Source: Actinomycetota bacterium
Lineage (GTDB): Bacteria; Actinomycetota; CADDZG01; WHSQ01
Reading direction: 5' to 3'
Assembly: GCA_013695835.1 (NCBI GenBank)
Contig: JACCZU010000186.1
Location: 1 to 48,019 of the forward strand
Length of the DNA stretch: 48,019 nt
A model generated the notes under the pieces. It saw only the letters and a list, made by a program, of their open reading frames with translations. It was not told where the DNA came from and made no database searches. Each line of letters begins with the position of its first letter. Positions within the stretch are counted from its first letter, which is position 1. The position numbers and the translations under genes were made by a program. This document shows, in pieces, positions 36,039 through 45,275 of this stretch.

Positions 36039-36041
36039 CGG

Positions 36042-37031
36042 GTGAGGGTGTTGGTGCTTGGGGGCACCGAGTTCTTGGGACGGCATCTCGTTGACGCTGC
36101 GCTTGAGCGCGGCCACGACGTTGTGTTGTTCAATCGGGGCAGGACCAATCCCGATCTCTACCCGCAGCTCGAGCTTTTGAGAGGGGATAGGGACGGCGAG
36201 CTTGCGGCCCTCGAGCGTCGCCGCTTCGACGCAGTCATCGATACTTCGGGATACGTGCCGCGCGTGGTGGGGGACTCTGCGGAACGGCTCGCCGGCACCG
36301 CCGGCGCGTACGTATTCATCTCGAGCATCTCGGTGTATGCGGACTTCAGCGTTGAGGGGATCGACGAATCGGCCCCCGTGGAAAGTCTCGAAGACGAGTC
36401 CTCAGAAGACGCCGAGGGGGATTACGGCGCGCTCAAGGCCCTGTGCGAGCAAGAGGTGCTTCGGGTCTTTGGCGAGCGCGCGGTCATCATCCGGCCGGGA
36501 CTGATCGTCGGGCCTTTCGATCCCACCAACCGATTCACCTACTGGGTGACCCGCGCCGCCCGGGGTGGGGACATCCTCGCGCCCGCGCCTAGGAACGGCC
36601 CCGTCCAGCTCATCGATGCGCGCGATCTTGCGGCGTGGACCATCTCGCTGATCGAAGGGGAAGCTTCCGGTGTCTACAACGCAACCGGCCGGCCGGGGCA
36701 GCTCAGCTTCGCCGACGTCGTCGGGGCCTGTGTCGCGGCGGCCGGCACCGCAGCCGAAGTTACCTGGGTCGACGCCGGATTCCTGTCCGAGCACGGCGTG
36801 CGCCCGTGGTCGGAGCTGCCGCTGTGGGTGCCTGAGGGCGAGTGGCAGGGCTTCGTTGCCCTCAACGTGTCGAGGGCAACCGCCGCCGGGCTCGAAGCCC
36901 GCCCCATAGAAGACACGGTGCGGGCGACTGGTGCCTGGGTGAGCACCCTCGAGGCGCCCCCTGGGGATGCGGGCCTAGCGCCCGAACGCGAGAAGGAGCT
37001 GCTCGCTGAGTGGCGCGCGGAGCACGTCTAG
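36042..37031 (+). CDS. NAD-dependent epimerase/dehydratase family (extended SDR) protein
   Basis: MRVLVLGGTEFLGRHLV Rossmann start, with a YGALK (YxxxK) catalytic motif. Confidence 0.85.
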   Translation: MRVLVLGGTEFLGRHLVDAALERGHDVVLFNRGRTNPDLYPQLELLRGDRDGELAALERRRFDAVIDTSGYVPRVVGDSAERLAGTAGAYVFISSISVYADFSVEGIDESAPVESLEDESSEDAEGDYGALKALCEQEVLRVFGERAVIIRPGLIVGPFDPTNRFTYWVTRAARGGDILAPAPRNGPVQLIDARDLAAWTISLIEGEASGVYNATGRPGQLSFADVVGACVAAAGTAAEVTWVDAGFLSEHGVRPWSELPLWVPEGEWQGFVALNVSRATAAGLEARPIEDTVRATGAWVSTLEAPPGDAGLAPEREKELLAEWRAEHV

Positions 37032-37076
37032 TTTACATAACGTCCATTATGGGAGGCCAGGCGAGCGGGAGGGGGC

Positions 37077-37811
37077 TCAGCGCTTGGACCTCGCCCACAG
37101 CCGGTCGCCGAGGGCCCACCAGGTCACGGACACAATCGCTTCAGCAACGACGGCGCGCGACAGCTTGGACGTTCCTGCGGCACGCTCGGCGAAGGTGATC
37201 GGCACCTCGACGACGCGCGCTCCTGTACGCCGGGCGCGCCGGGTGAGCTCGATCTGGAACGCGTAGCCCTCCGACGTCAGGGTGCCGAGCTCGGCTGCGG
37301 CAAGGAAGCTCGCCCTGTAGGCCCTGAAGCCGCTGGTCGAGTCCTCGATCCCGAGACCCAGGGCCGCCTTGGCATAGAGATTGCCGGCGCGCGACAGACC
37401 CCGCCTGAGCGGTCCCCAGTGCGGGACGCTCCCGCCTGAGACGTAACGGGAGCCGATGGCGACGTCGGCGCCGGCGAGGGCCCCGAGCAGCAAGGGCACG
37501 CCCGCCGGGTCGTGGGAAAGGTCGCCGTCCATCTCGACGACCGCCCAGTAAGCGCGCTCGAGGGCCCACCTGAAGCCTGTGACGTAAGCGGTCCCGAGAC
37601 CCAGCTTTGCCTCACGCCTGATGAGATGGACGCCGGCGTTGGAGGACGCGAGCCGCTCGACCGCATCGCCGGTTCCGTCCTCAGAGGCGTCGTCGACCAC
37701 GAGCACCTCAACGCCGCCCTCCCCCGCACCGATGAGGCGCGACAGCACCTCCTCGATGGTGGCGCGCTCGTTGTAGGTGGGCACGATCACGAGCGCCGCC
37801 GAGTCCGTCAT
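37077..37811 (-). CDS. ppm1: polyprenol-phosphate mannosyltransferase (GT2, Ppm1 catalytic-domain-like)
   Basis: VIVPTYNERATIEEVL...VLVVDDASEDGT...DGDLSHDP are GT2/Dpm1-type motifs. The gene sits immediately downstream of lnt, as in the mycobacterial Lnt-Ppm1 pairing. Confidence 0.88.
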   Translation of the reverse strand: MTDSAALVIVPTYNERATIEEVLSRLIGAGEGGVEVLVVDDASEDGTGDAVERLASSNAGVHLIRREAKLGLGTAYVTGFRWALERAYWAVVEMDGDLSHDPAGVPLLLGALAGADVAIGSRYVSGGSVPHWGPLRRGLSRAGNLYAKAALGLGIEDSTSGFRAYRASFLAAAELGTLTSEGYAFQIELTRRARRTGARVVEVPITFAERAAGTSKLSRAVVAEAIVSVTWWALGDRLWARSKR

Positions 37812-37820
37812 CCCAAATAC

Positions 37821-39290
37821 CTACCCAGAGCGCCGGGCGCCGGCGGCAAGCCCGGCGAGCGCCACCAAGGCGGACCCAAGCGGCAGCCAGTCTCCCGTGC
37901 GGGCGTAAAAGGTCGCCCTCGTCGCGAAGGCAACATCGCCCACAAGCGTCGTCGCAGTCCACAACGGCGTCGAGGCGGCGACGGTTCCGTCGGGCCGGAT
38001 GAATGCGGAGATGCCGCTCAATGCCCCATGGGCGACCCAGACGCCGTTTTCGACCGCCCTTATCTGGCTAAAAGCGACATGCTGGGCGGAGTTCCAGGTG
38101 TAGCCGAAGGTCGAGGTGTTGGTGGCGACGACCAGAAGCCGGCCCCCGGCAGCCATGCTCTCGCGCACCAGCGATCCGAAGTCGCCCTCGAAGGAGATCA
38201 CCGTCGCAACGGGCCCACCGGCGAGGTCGAAGACCTCTGGCCCGGGTCCGCCGACCGCGTCCTGCGGTATTTGATCGAGCATCGGGATCCAGTCGAAGAG
38301 AGGTCGCAGGGGAATGTACTCGCCGAAGGGCACATGGTGTCGCTTCTGATAGAAGCCCTCGAGCTGTCCGTCGCGGGCGACATGGACGACCACGACCTTG
38401 CGATGGGACTCGTCGATGTCGAGTTCGCTGCCGACGAGCATGGGCGCATCGACCGCGCGGGCGGCGGCAGTAAGCGCCCGCCGGATGCCGGCGTTGCGGT
38501 AGGGATCTAGCGCGACGGCTGACTCCGGCCACACCACGAGATCGGGCGAGGCGCCGGCGAGGCCTGCGGTGAGGCGGCCGTGCCTGCCGACCAGGTCGCT
38601 CACGTAGTCGGTGAAGTCACCCTCGAAGTTGCGCTCGACATTGCCCTGGACGAGCGCAAGCCGGGCACGCTCCCCTCCGGCGGCCACAGACGGCAGCGCT
38701 GCGGGGGCTGCAACGACGGCAACGACGGCGCCGAGGTACGCCGGTGCCAGCCTTGTACGCCGCGCCCTGATGCAGGCCCACAGCTCTGCGGCAAGGCCGT
38801 TCAGGACGGCGACCTGCAACGACACCGCCCATCCGCCGGCCCACGCTGCCGTCCTAATGAACCACGTCAGGTCGTGCTGGCTCTGCACCAGCTGCCCCCA
38901 GGTAAAGCCACCAAGGGGGATGACCGAACGGAGATACTCGACGGCAACCCACAGCGCCGCCCCCACGGCGATGCGCACGATCGCATTGCTGCGTCGCGAG
39001 GCAACCGCCCAGGCCCCGCCGAAAAGCGCGATGAAGAGGCTCTGCAGAGTCACAAGCAGCGCCCACGCCAACCACCCCACGAGGCTCTGCCAGTAGAGAA
39101 GGACGCCGAAGAAACCAAAGCCGTAGATAAGGCCCAAGCCGAGCCCCCGACGGAGTGGCGCGCCGCGTGCGGCAACCAGCAACGGAGCAAGTGCCACCCA
39201 TGCGAGGGGCGCTACATCCGGCTCGGGGAACGCGAGCGTCGCAATAGCGCCGGCTGCCAGCGCAAGCGCGTAGGCGCCCGCGCCCGTCAT
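37821..39290 (-). CDS. lnt: apolipoprotein N-acyltransferase
   Basis: An N-terminal multi-TM region and a C-terminal CN-hydrolase domain (VVWPESAV..., LLVVATNTSTFGYTWNSAQHVAFSQIRAVENG). Confidence 0.88.
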   Translation of the reverse strand: MTGAGAYALALAAGAIATLAFPEPDVAPLAWVALAPLLVAARGAPLRRGLGLGLIYGFGFFGVLLYWQSLVGWLAWALLVTLQSLFIALFGGAWAVASRRSNAIVRIAVGAALWVAVEYLRSVIPLGGFTWGQLVQSQHDLTWFIRTAAWAGGWAVSLQVAVLNGLAAELWACIRARRTRLAPAYLGAVVAVVAAPAALPSVAAGGERARLALVQGNVERNFEGDFTDYVSDLVGRHGRLTAGLAGASPDLVVWPESAVALDPYRNAGIRRALTAAARAVDAPMLVGSELDIDESHRKVVVVHVARDGQLEGFYQKRHHVPFGEYIPLRPLFDWIPMLDQIPQDAVGGPGPEVFDLAGGPVATVISFEGDFGSLVRESMAAGGRLLVVATNTSTFGYTWNSAQHVAFSQIRAVENGVWVAHGALSGISAFIRPDGTVAASTPLWTATTLVGDVAFATRATFYARTGDWLPLGSALVALAGLAAGARRSG

Positions 39291-39300
39291 GGATGCTCAG

Positions 39301-39666
39301 TTATGCGCAATCGCGACACAAAATGCGTGCCGGATCGGCCAGCTGGCTCCTTGCTTTGACGAGGCGGCACCGGCTGCAGACGAACTCACTGGTGCCCTTT
39401 ACGGGGATCACCCGGCCGGCAAGCGCCTCCCCCGCCGAAGCGTCCCGTTCAGGGACGACGGCCAACATGTGCTCGATGCCGTCCTCCGGCTCCCCCGTCG
39501 TCCGCGCGAGGTCGGCGCGCCTGGCGAGGAGCTCATCAAGGCTGGTTGAGGATTCGTCCCCGGCCAGGGGGACATCATCATCATCGTCGTCTTCGAGCTC
39601 GGCCTCCTCGGGCTCATCCTCGAGCTCAAGGGGGGTGGACTCTTCGAGGTTTCTTTCGGAAGACAC
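39301..39666 (-). CDS. DUF4193-family protein (acidic N-terminus, C-terminal CxxC...CxxC)
   Basis: EFVCSRCRLVKARSQLADPARILCRDCA matches the DUF4193 C-terminus as I recall it. GTG start after AAGGAG. Confidence 0.8.
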   Translation of the reverse strand: MSSERNLEESTPLELEDEPEEAELEDDDDDDVPLAGDESSTSLDELLARRADLARTTGEPEDGIEHMLAVVPERDASAGEALAGRVIPVKGTSEFVCSRCRLVKARSQLADPARILCRDCA

Positions 39667-39758
39667 CGGCGGGGCTCCTTAGGGATTCTGGACACACCGA
39701 AACAACAATCCACGGACAACTTTACGCTGGCCTGGTTGGAAAGTGGGCGGATGAAAGT

Positions 39759-40026
39759 GGAAAGACCCGAGTGACCGTAGGGGCCGCTCGTTAGCCGGCG
39801 GGGCCGGTTATTGGAGCGTTATCCTCGGGCCTCTCGGGTCTTTCCTTTCAAGTCCCAAGCAACCGATCCGTCGAGCCTTGCGGCGGCGTGGCCGCCGGCC
39901 GGACCGGGCGGACCCGGCCCTGCTCGCCGGTCTTCGGCTTCCGAGGCATCGATGTCGCCGGAGCGAACCGATCCCCCGTCTGCGCCGGGACCAGCAGGTC
40001 TTCGAACGGTTAGGCTGCTTGGGACT
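39759..40026. ncRNA. candidate structured RNA or leader (unassigned family, strand unknown)
   Basis: Two long perfect inverted repeats lie inside a 532-bp gap. GGAAAGACCCGAG (39759-39771) pairs with CTCGGGTCTTTCC (39833-39845). AGTCCCAAGCA+ACCG (39851-39865) pairs with CGGT+TGCTTGGGACT (40007-40026). There are also internal GC hairpins such as CGGCGGC-GTG-GCCGCCG (39881-39897). Confidence 0.3.
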
Positions 40027-40198
40027 CGGGAAACTCTAGAGATCTGCAACCGCAGTGTCAACCGTGACGCCCGACAAAGTCCTGGTGCGCGAAGAAAAGC
40101 CGGGTGTCCCCAGCCCATGCACACGTTGTTAACAGCGCCTCCCCGGTAATGGCAACATCGGCTGTGCAAGGTCCACCGAGAGAGTGAGAGCCTGATCA

Positions 40199-41635
40199 GT
40201 GTCGAAGAACCAGTTACCCGATCCCAATCGGGACTTTCCGGCGTGGTACATCGAGGTCGTCAAGCGCGCCGGGATGGCGGAGCATTCGCTCGCCAAGGGC
40301 ACCATGGTGGCAAAACCTTACGGCTACGGGATGTGGGAACGAGTGCAGCGAGCGCTCGACGACCGCTTCAAGCTCACGGGGCACGAGAACCTGTACTTTC
40401 CATTGTTCTTTCCCGAGAGCCTCCTGTCCAAGGAGGCAGAGCACGTCGAAGGCTTCTCGCCTGAGCTCGCCATAATCACTCACGGCGGCGGCGTCGAGCT
40501 CGAGGAGCCGCTCGTCGTAAGGCCCACGTCCGAGGCGCTGATCTGGTCGACGTATGCGAACTGGATACAAAGCTACAGGGACCTCCCGCTTCTCTATAAC
40601 CAGTGGGGAAACGTCGTGCGGTGGGAGCTTCGCACGCGTCTGTTTCTCCGCACCAGCGAGTTCCTGTGGCAGGAAGGTCACACCGCGCACGCCACGGCAG
40701 AGGAGGCGCACAGGGAGGCCCTTCAGATGCTCGAGGTCTACAAAGAGGTGGCCGAAGAGGTGCTTGCGATCCCTGTGATCGCCGGGCGCAAGTCCGAGTC
40801 CGAGAAGTTCGCGGGTGCAGCAACGACCTTCACGATCGAGGGCCTGATGCGCGACGGCAGAGCGCTTCAGTGCGGGACCTCGCACTTTCTCGGCCAGAAC
40901 TTCGCGAAGGCCTATGACGTCACCTTTCTAGGGAGCGACGGCGAGCGGCGCCACGTGTGGGGCACATCGTGGGGCGCATCATGGCGGCTCATCGGCGGTG
41001 TGGTTATGACCCACGGCGACGAGCGCGGCCTGCGAATCCCGCCGAAGATCGCGCCCGTCCAGGTCGTCATCATCCCCATCTACAGATCCGACGAGGAGCG
41101 CTCGGCGGTGCTCGAGGTCGCGCACAAGATTCGCGACTCGCTCACGGGTCAGGGCCTGCGGGTGCGCGTTGACGACCGGGATCACCATCGCCCCGGGTTC
41201 AAGTTCAGCGAATGGGAGCTCAAGGGCGTGCCCGTGCGGATCGAGATCGGACCCAAGGATGTTGCTGCGCACCAGGTCGTCCTTGTGCGGCGCGCCGGGG
41301 GCGCCAAGGAGCAGGTGGCCACGAGCGCGGCCGTCGACGGGATGGCGGGCGAGCTCGAACGAGCGCAGCAGGACCTCTATGACGACGCCCTCGAGTACAG
41401 GAATGCGCACACTCACACTGCCTCCACCTACGACGAGCTACGCGACGGGATCACGGCCACGGGGGGCTTGTGGGTGGGTCCGTGGTGCGGCCGGGGGACG
41501 TGTGAGGAGCGCGTGACCGCAGACACGAAGGCGACCATACGAACTCTCCCACTGACGCCCGAGGATCCCGGTGCGCCGTGCGCCGTCTGCGGACAGAAGG
41601 GCGCCGAGACCGCTACCTGGGCGCGCGCCTATTGA
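40199..41635 (+). CDS. proS: proline--tRNA ligase, archaeal/eukaryote-like type (no INS editing domain)
   Basis: FPAWYIEVVKRAGMAEHS...GTMVAKPYGYGMWE, with class II motifs. The C-terminal zinc-binding-type domain ends in TWARAY. The 478-aa length fits the short ProRS type. Confidence 0.95.
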   Translation: MSKNQLPDPNRDFPAWYIEVVKRAGMAEHSLAKGTMVAKPYGYGMWERVQRALDDRFKLTGHENLYFPLFFPESLLSKEAEHVEGFSPELAIITHGGGVELEEPLVVRPTSEALIWSTYANWIQSYRDLPLLYNQWGNVVRWELRTRLFLRTSEFLWQEGHTAHATAEEAHREALQMLEVYKEVAEEVLAIPVIAGRKSESEKFAGAATTFTIEGLMRDGRALQCGTSHFLGQNFAKAYDVTFLGSDGERRHVWGTSWGASWRLIGGVVMTHGDERGLRIPPKIAPVQVVIIPIYRSDEERSAVLEVAHKIRDSLTGQGLRVRVDDRDHHRPGFKFSEWELKGVPVRIEIGPKDVAAHQVVLVRRAGGAKEQVATSAAVDGMAGELERAQQDLYDDALEYRNAHTHTASTYDELRDGITATGGLWVGPWCGRGTCEERVTADTKATIRTLPLTPEDPGAPCAVCGQKGAETATWARAY

Positions 41636-41717
41636 TCGTCAAAGGTTCGGTCTGTGCGCGACTCGCCAAGTGGCGCGGAGTGGCGCTCGAAGGCGCCGGT
41701 AACTTACGCGGCGGACC

Positions 41718-42446
41718 CTATCTCAGGCCGAGAACATCGAGGAGCTGTTCGTGGCGGTCAAGGATGATCTCGGCCTCGGTTGCATCCGAACGGTCGTCGT
41801 GCACTCCGCGGAAGCGGGCCGCGTGCATCCCCATGTCGTGCGCGCCTGCGATGTCTGTGCGGCGGAGATCCCCAACGTGCACGGCCTCCGGGGGCCGCAC
41901 GCCGAGCCCCGCAAGTGCCTTGGCGTAGATATCGCCACCCGGCTTGGGGACGCCGACCTCATCGGAGAAACAGGTGACCTCGAGGAAGCCGATCAGGTCC
42001 GCTTCTTCGAGGAGCCGGCGAACCACGCGCCCAGGAGTAAAGCCGGTGTCGCAGACGAGCGCCCTCCTGATCCCAGCCGCCTCGAGGGCCGCTAGGGTCT
42101 CCCCCGCCCCCTGCACCGGATCGACTCCTGTTTCTATGCTCGCCTCTTCGAACTCCTTCGTGAGCTTTGCGATTGGCTCGTCCTCGAAGATTCCCCTTGC
42201 CTCCAAGCAGTAGGCGGCCATGCGGCCGGGCCCGAAGGTCTCGATCTGCTTCCATGCGTCATCGTGCTTGAGCCAGGCTTCCCGCAGGAGACCCTCCGCT
42301 TGGTCTTCGTCCAGATCCACCATGTCCCTCAGCGCCGCCGCCCGCCGAGCCATGGCTCCCTTGAAGTCTCTGTCTTTGAGGAGGGTCCCCCAGCAGTCGT
42401 AGGTGACCGCCTTGATGCCTTCCAGCCTTCTCGTCACTGACATCAC
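41718..42446 (-). CDS. HAD-superfamily hydrolase (subfamily IA, DxWGT motif I variant)
   Basis: Motif I is VTYDCWGTLL, with the second Asp replaced as in dehalogenase/REG-2-like members. VHVGD is near the C-terminus. The ATGA overlaps the kal stop. Confidence 0.8.
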   Translation of the reverse strand: MMSVTRRLEGIKAVTYDCWGTLLKDRDFKGAMARRAAALRDMVDLDEDQAEGLLREAWLKHDDAWKQIETFGPGRMAAYCLEARGIFEDEPIAKLTKEFEEASIETGVDPVQGAGETLAALEAAGIRRALVCDTGFTPGRVVRRLLEEADLIGFLEVTCFSDEVGVPKPGGDIYAKALAGLGVRPPEAVHVGDLRRTDIAGAHDMGMHAARFRGVHDDRSDATEAEIILDRHEQLLDVLGLR

Positions 42447-42907
42447 TCCATCTCTTGGCCGCTTTCTGTTCTCCGTTGCTTGTCTTTGCCGACCACGCAG
42501 GTGCAGCCCGCCTTCGCCACCACCTCGGGCTCATCGAGGAGGTCGACGGCGGAGTCTGAGATATCGGCCCGTGGCCGAGCGTACCTGAGCACGACGAGCT
42601 CCATCCGCCGGGAGGTGCGCCCCGCCCCGCTGATCGACCCCCGCACCTCGATGAAGTCCCCCGCGTGGACGGGGAGGAGGAACTCGACCGAGTGGTAGGC
42701 GGCGAGCAGGCCCTCGTCACCGTCCGAGGCAACGCAGAGCTCGGTTGCGAGGTCGCCGAGAAGCTCCATGAGCCGTCCGCCCGCCACGAGGCCGCCCCCG
42801 TAGTGAGCGTCCCCGGCCCCCAACCTCAGACGATGCGATGCGGTGATCCCCTGCGGCGCGCCTCCGGCCCCGGGGTCCTTGGATGAGACGCTGCGCCCCG
42901 AACTCAC
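42443..42907 (-). CDS. kal: 3-aminobutyryl-CoA ammonia-lyase (hotdog fold)
   Basis: DAHYGGGLVAGGRLMELLGDLATELCVASDGDEGLLAAYHSVEFLLPVHAGDFIEVRG...GRTSRRME matches the recalled Kal pattern. GTG 42907 forms a GTGA overlap with the kamE stop. Confidence 0.82.
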   Translation of the reverse strand: MSSGRSVSSKDPGAGGAPQGITASHRLRLGAGDAHYGGGLVAGGRLMELLGDLATELCVASDGDEGLLAAYHSVEFLLPVHAGDFIEVRGSISGAGRTSRRMELVVLRYARPRADISDSAVDLLDEPEVVAKAGCTCVVGKDKQRRTESGQEME

Positions 42908-43677
42908 GCGAGCGTGGCCGCCCGGGTGAGGTCGGCTTCGCTCAGCCCGGCACGGCGGCCCACCTTCCACGCCAGGTAGGACGCCACCTCTGAGGGCTTC
43001 GTCCCGCGCCCGAAGATGCGATCGAAGCCAAGGGCAGGGGCCTGGTCCGGCGAGAAGCGGGGGCCGCCCCCGACCAGGATGAGCCTGTCGCGCAGCCCGG
43101 CTTCCGTGAGCGCAGCGTGCACTTCCTGAAGGTGGAAGATGTGTGCGTCACGCTGGGTGACGACCTGTGAGACAAGCACCGCGTCGGCCGCATGCTCGTC
43201 GACCGCTGCGACGATCTCGCCAGGCGACACCTGCGCGCCCATGTTGACGATGCGCATCTCCTGCCAGTACTCGAGACCCTTATCGCCCGCGAAGCCCTTC
43301 ATCGACAGGATCGCGTCGAGCCCGAGGGTATGGGCGTCGGTCCCCGTGCAAGCCCCAACGACGACGAGCTGGCGCTTGAGTGAGTCCCTGATGATGCGGT
43401 TGATCTCGGGCGACGGCAGCAACGGGAAATCGGGTTCGGCGACGGTGAGCCCGGCCGGATCAACGCTGTGCGCCGTGGCCCCGTAGACGATAAAGAAGCT
43501 GAAGTCGGGCCCCATCTCTTTCATGTGGACGACCTGCGGCTCGGCGAAGCCCATCTTGCGGGCAAGCTCGAGCGCGGCCTGCCTGGCCCGCTCCGAGGAC
43601 GCGATCGGCAGGGTGAAAGAAAGCTGCACCCGCCCGTCTCCGGTGGCGTCCCCGTACGGCCTTAGTAGTGCGCTCAT
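42904..43677 (-). CDS. kamE: beta-lysine (D-lysine) 5,6-aminomutase beta subunit, B12/PLP-binding
   Basis: PYGDATGDGRVQLSFTLP, the B12 DxHxxG motif (GTDAHTLGLD), the PLP lysine context LSMKGFAG, and LVSQVVTQRD. It is colinear with recalled C. sticklandii KamE. Confidence 0.92.
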   Translation of the reverse strand: MSALLRPYGDATGDGRVQLSFTLPIASSERARQAALELARKMGFAEPQVVHMKEMGPDFSFFIVYGATAHSVDPAGLTVAEPDFPLLPSPEINRIIRDSLKRQLVVVGACTGTDAHTLGLDAILSMKGFAGDKGLEYWQEMRIVNMGAQVSPGEIVAAVDEHAADAVLVSQVVTQRDAHIFHLQEVHAALTEAGLRDRLILVGGGPRFSPDQAPALGFDRIFGRGTKPSEVASYLAWKVGRRAGLSEADLTRAATLA

Positions 43678-45275
43678 GCACCGATACCAAGGCGGCGCGA
43701 CAGTTCATCCGCCACCGGATTGACGTAGCCGGGGGCGCGCTGCACCACCCCGGCCAAACCCTTTCCGCCCGCCGGCGTCCGCACCGTGTCCGCGAACATA
43801 CCGGCCTCAATCGCGGCGAACATGCCGATGTCGGCGACCTTGCGCAGCATCTGCCTGCATTCCTCGAGCACCTGCGCGGCGCGGCGCTCCACGGCGCCGC
43901 CGGCTTCGTAGCGGAGCTCACCGCCAAGCCCGGCTGCGCCGCCGAAGATGTAACGGGCGTTCTCGAGCGCAAGGTCCCGGTCGGAGAGAAACGGCGTGTG
44001 GATGCCTTCGGTCATCATGCCAAGCAGGACGATGTCCTGGCCGGTGAGCGCGCCGATGAGGTTGAACATGCCGTCGTACAAGAAGCCCTGAAAGATATTG
44101 CCCGTCATGTGCTTGGTCGGGGGCATGTACTTGAGGGGCGCATTCGGGAAGCATTCTCTGATGAGCTGGGCGTGGGCTAGCTCGAGCAGGATCTGATCCG
44201 GCACGTCGGGGTCGATCTCGAAGGCATGTCCAAGGCCCATCTGCTCCTCGCTTAAACCGGCCGTGAACGCGAAGCGCTCGTTTAGGAACTGCGAAGCGAG
44301 CACGGTGTGTGCGGAGTCGACCGCGTCTGCGGTGGTGAGGTAGTTGTCCTCTCCTGTGTTGATGACGATGCCTGCAAGCGCATGCACCATGCGCGAGAAA
44401 TGCTGATCAATGAATGTGCGCTGCATGTTGATGTCGCGGAACATGATCCCGTACATGCAGTCGTTGAGCATCATGTCGAGCCGTTCCATACCCGCCATAG
44501 CGGCGATCTCGGGCATGCAGAGGCCGCTCGCGTAGTTGGTGAGGCGCACGTAGCGCCCGAGCTCCTCACCGACCTCGTCGAGCGCGGCGCGCATGAGCCT
44601 GAAGTTCTCCTGGGTTGCGTAGGTTCCTGCGAACCCCTCGGAGGTCGCGCCGAAGGGTACGTAGTCGAGCAACGATTGCCCGGTCGAGCGGATCACAGCG
44701 ATGACATCGGCGCCGTTGCGAGCCGCAGCTTGAGCCTGGGGGATGTCTTCGTGGATGTCTCCCGTGGCGACGATGAGGTAGAGCCACGGGCGCTCCGCCT
44801 CGCCGACGCGCTCTACGACGTCTCTGCGAGCCGTTGCTGCTGCCTCGATGCAATTCACGGCCGCTGCAGCCGCTTCCTTGGCGCGGCGCGCAGCGTCGTC
44901 GCGGTCGGCCCCTTGAGGCCACCGCGGGGTGAGCGCGCGGCCCGCTATGGCGTCTGCCGCTGCATCTATGTCGCCGCCGCAGCTTGCGACTGCGTCGAAG
45001 AAGGGGATGAGCGCTCCGCGCTCGAGGCCGACGGACGCGCCGATCTCGTCCACGACGCGATTTGGTATCGGGACCGCCTCGACGCCCCGGCCCTCGATGC
45101 CGTCGACTCCGACGAGTCGCAGGCACGCCCGCTCGATCGAGGTCGTTGTGTGGGTTGCGGCGAGGTGGTCGACCGGGGCCGCAATCTCTGTTGCCAGCTC
45201 ACGGCACTCGGCAAGGACGCCCTCGTCGATGCGGAGGCGCCCAAGCGGGCGAAAGAACGGGGCCGAAGTCCTCAC
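43674..45275 (-). CDS. kamD: beta-lysine (D-lysine) 5,6-aminomutase alpha subunit
   Basis: Long identity runs with recalled KamD, including GADVIAVIRSTGQSLLDYVPFGATSEGFAGTYATQENFRLMR, INTGEDNYLTTADA and LKYMPPTKHMTGNIF. GTG 45275 forms a GTGA overlap with the upstream stop. The listed ORF start at 45323 is probably too early. Confidence 0.93.
   Translation of the reverse strand: MRTSAPFFRPLGRLRIDEGVLAECRELATEIAAPVDHLAATHTTTSIERACLRLVGVDGIEGRGVEAVPIPNRVVDEIGASVGLERGALIPFFDAVASCGGDIDAAADAIAGRALTPRWPQGADRDDAARRAKEAAAAAVNCIEAAATARRDVVERVGEAERPWLYLIVATGDIHEDIPQAQAAARNGADVIAVIRSTGQSLLDYVPFGATSEGFAGTYATQENFRLMRAALDEVGEELGRYVRLTNYASGLCMPEIAAMAGMERLDMMLNDCMYGIMFRDINMQRTFIDQHFSRMVHALAGIVINTGEDNYLTTADAVDSAHTVLASQFLNERFAFTAGLSEEQMGLGHAFEIDPDVPDQILLELAHAQLIRECFPNAPLKYMPPTKHMTGNIFQGFLYDGMFNLIGALTGQDIVLLGMMTEGIHTPFLSDRDLALENARYIFGGAAGLGGELRYEAGGAVERRAAQVLEECRQMLRKVADIGMFAAIEAGMFADTVRTPAGGKGLAGVVQRAPGYVNPVADELSRRLGIGA

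Noticed and set aside
39759-40026. Identity of the structured gap region with RNase P RNA, tmRNA, SRP RNA, 6S RNA, a proS T-box or 6C RNA.
   Set aside because: I found no GAGGAAAGUCCGGGC or ACAGAAnCCGGCUUA pair (only a loose CCCGGCTTT on the minus strand). There is no tRNA-like 3' end with a GGTTCGAATCC-type T arm, no GGAAGCAGCC SRP motif and no GGGTGGTACCGCG T-box sequence. There is no pair of C-rich loops. Its family remains unassigned.
39811-40169. ORFs 39811..40149 (+) and 39819..40169 (-) as protein-coding genes in the DUF4193-proS gap.
   Set aside because: The two mutually overlapping ORFs have Pro/Arg/Gly/Ala-rich, motif-free translations and no Shine-Dalgarno sequence. The region is better explained by the inverted-repeat structure.
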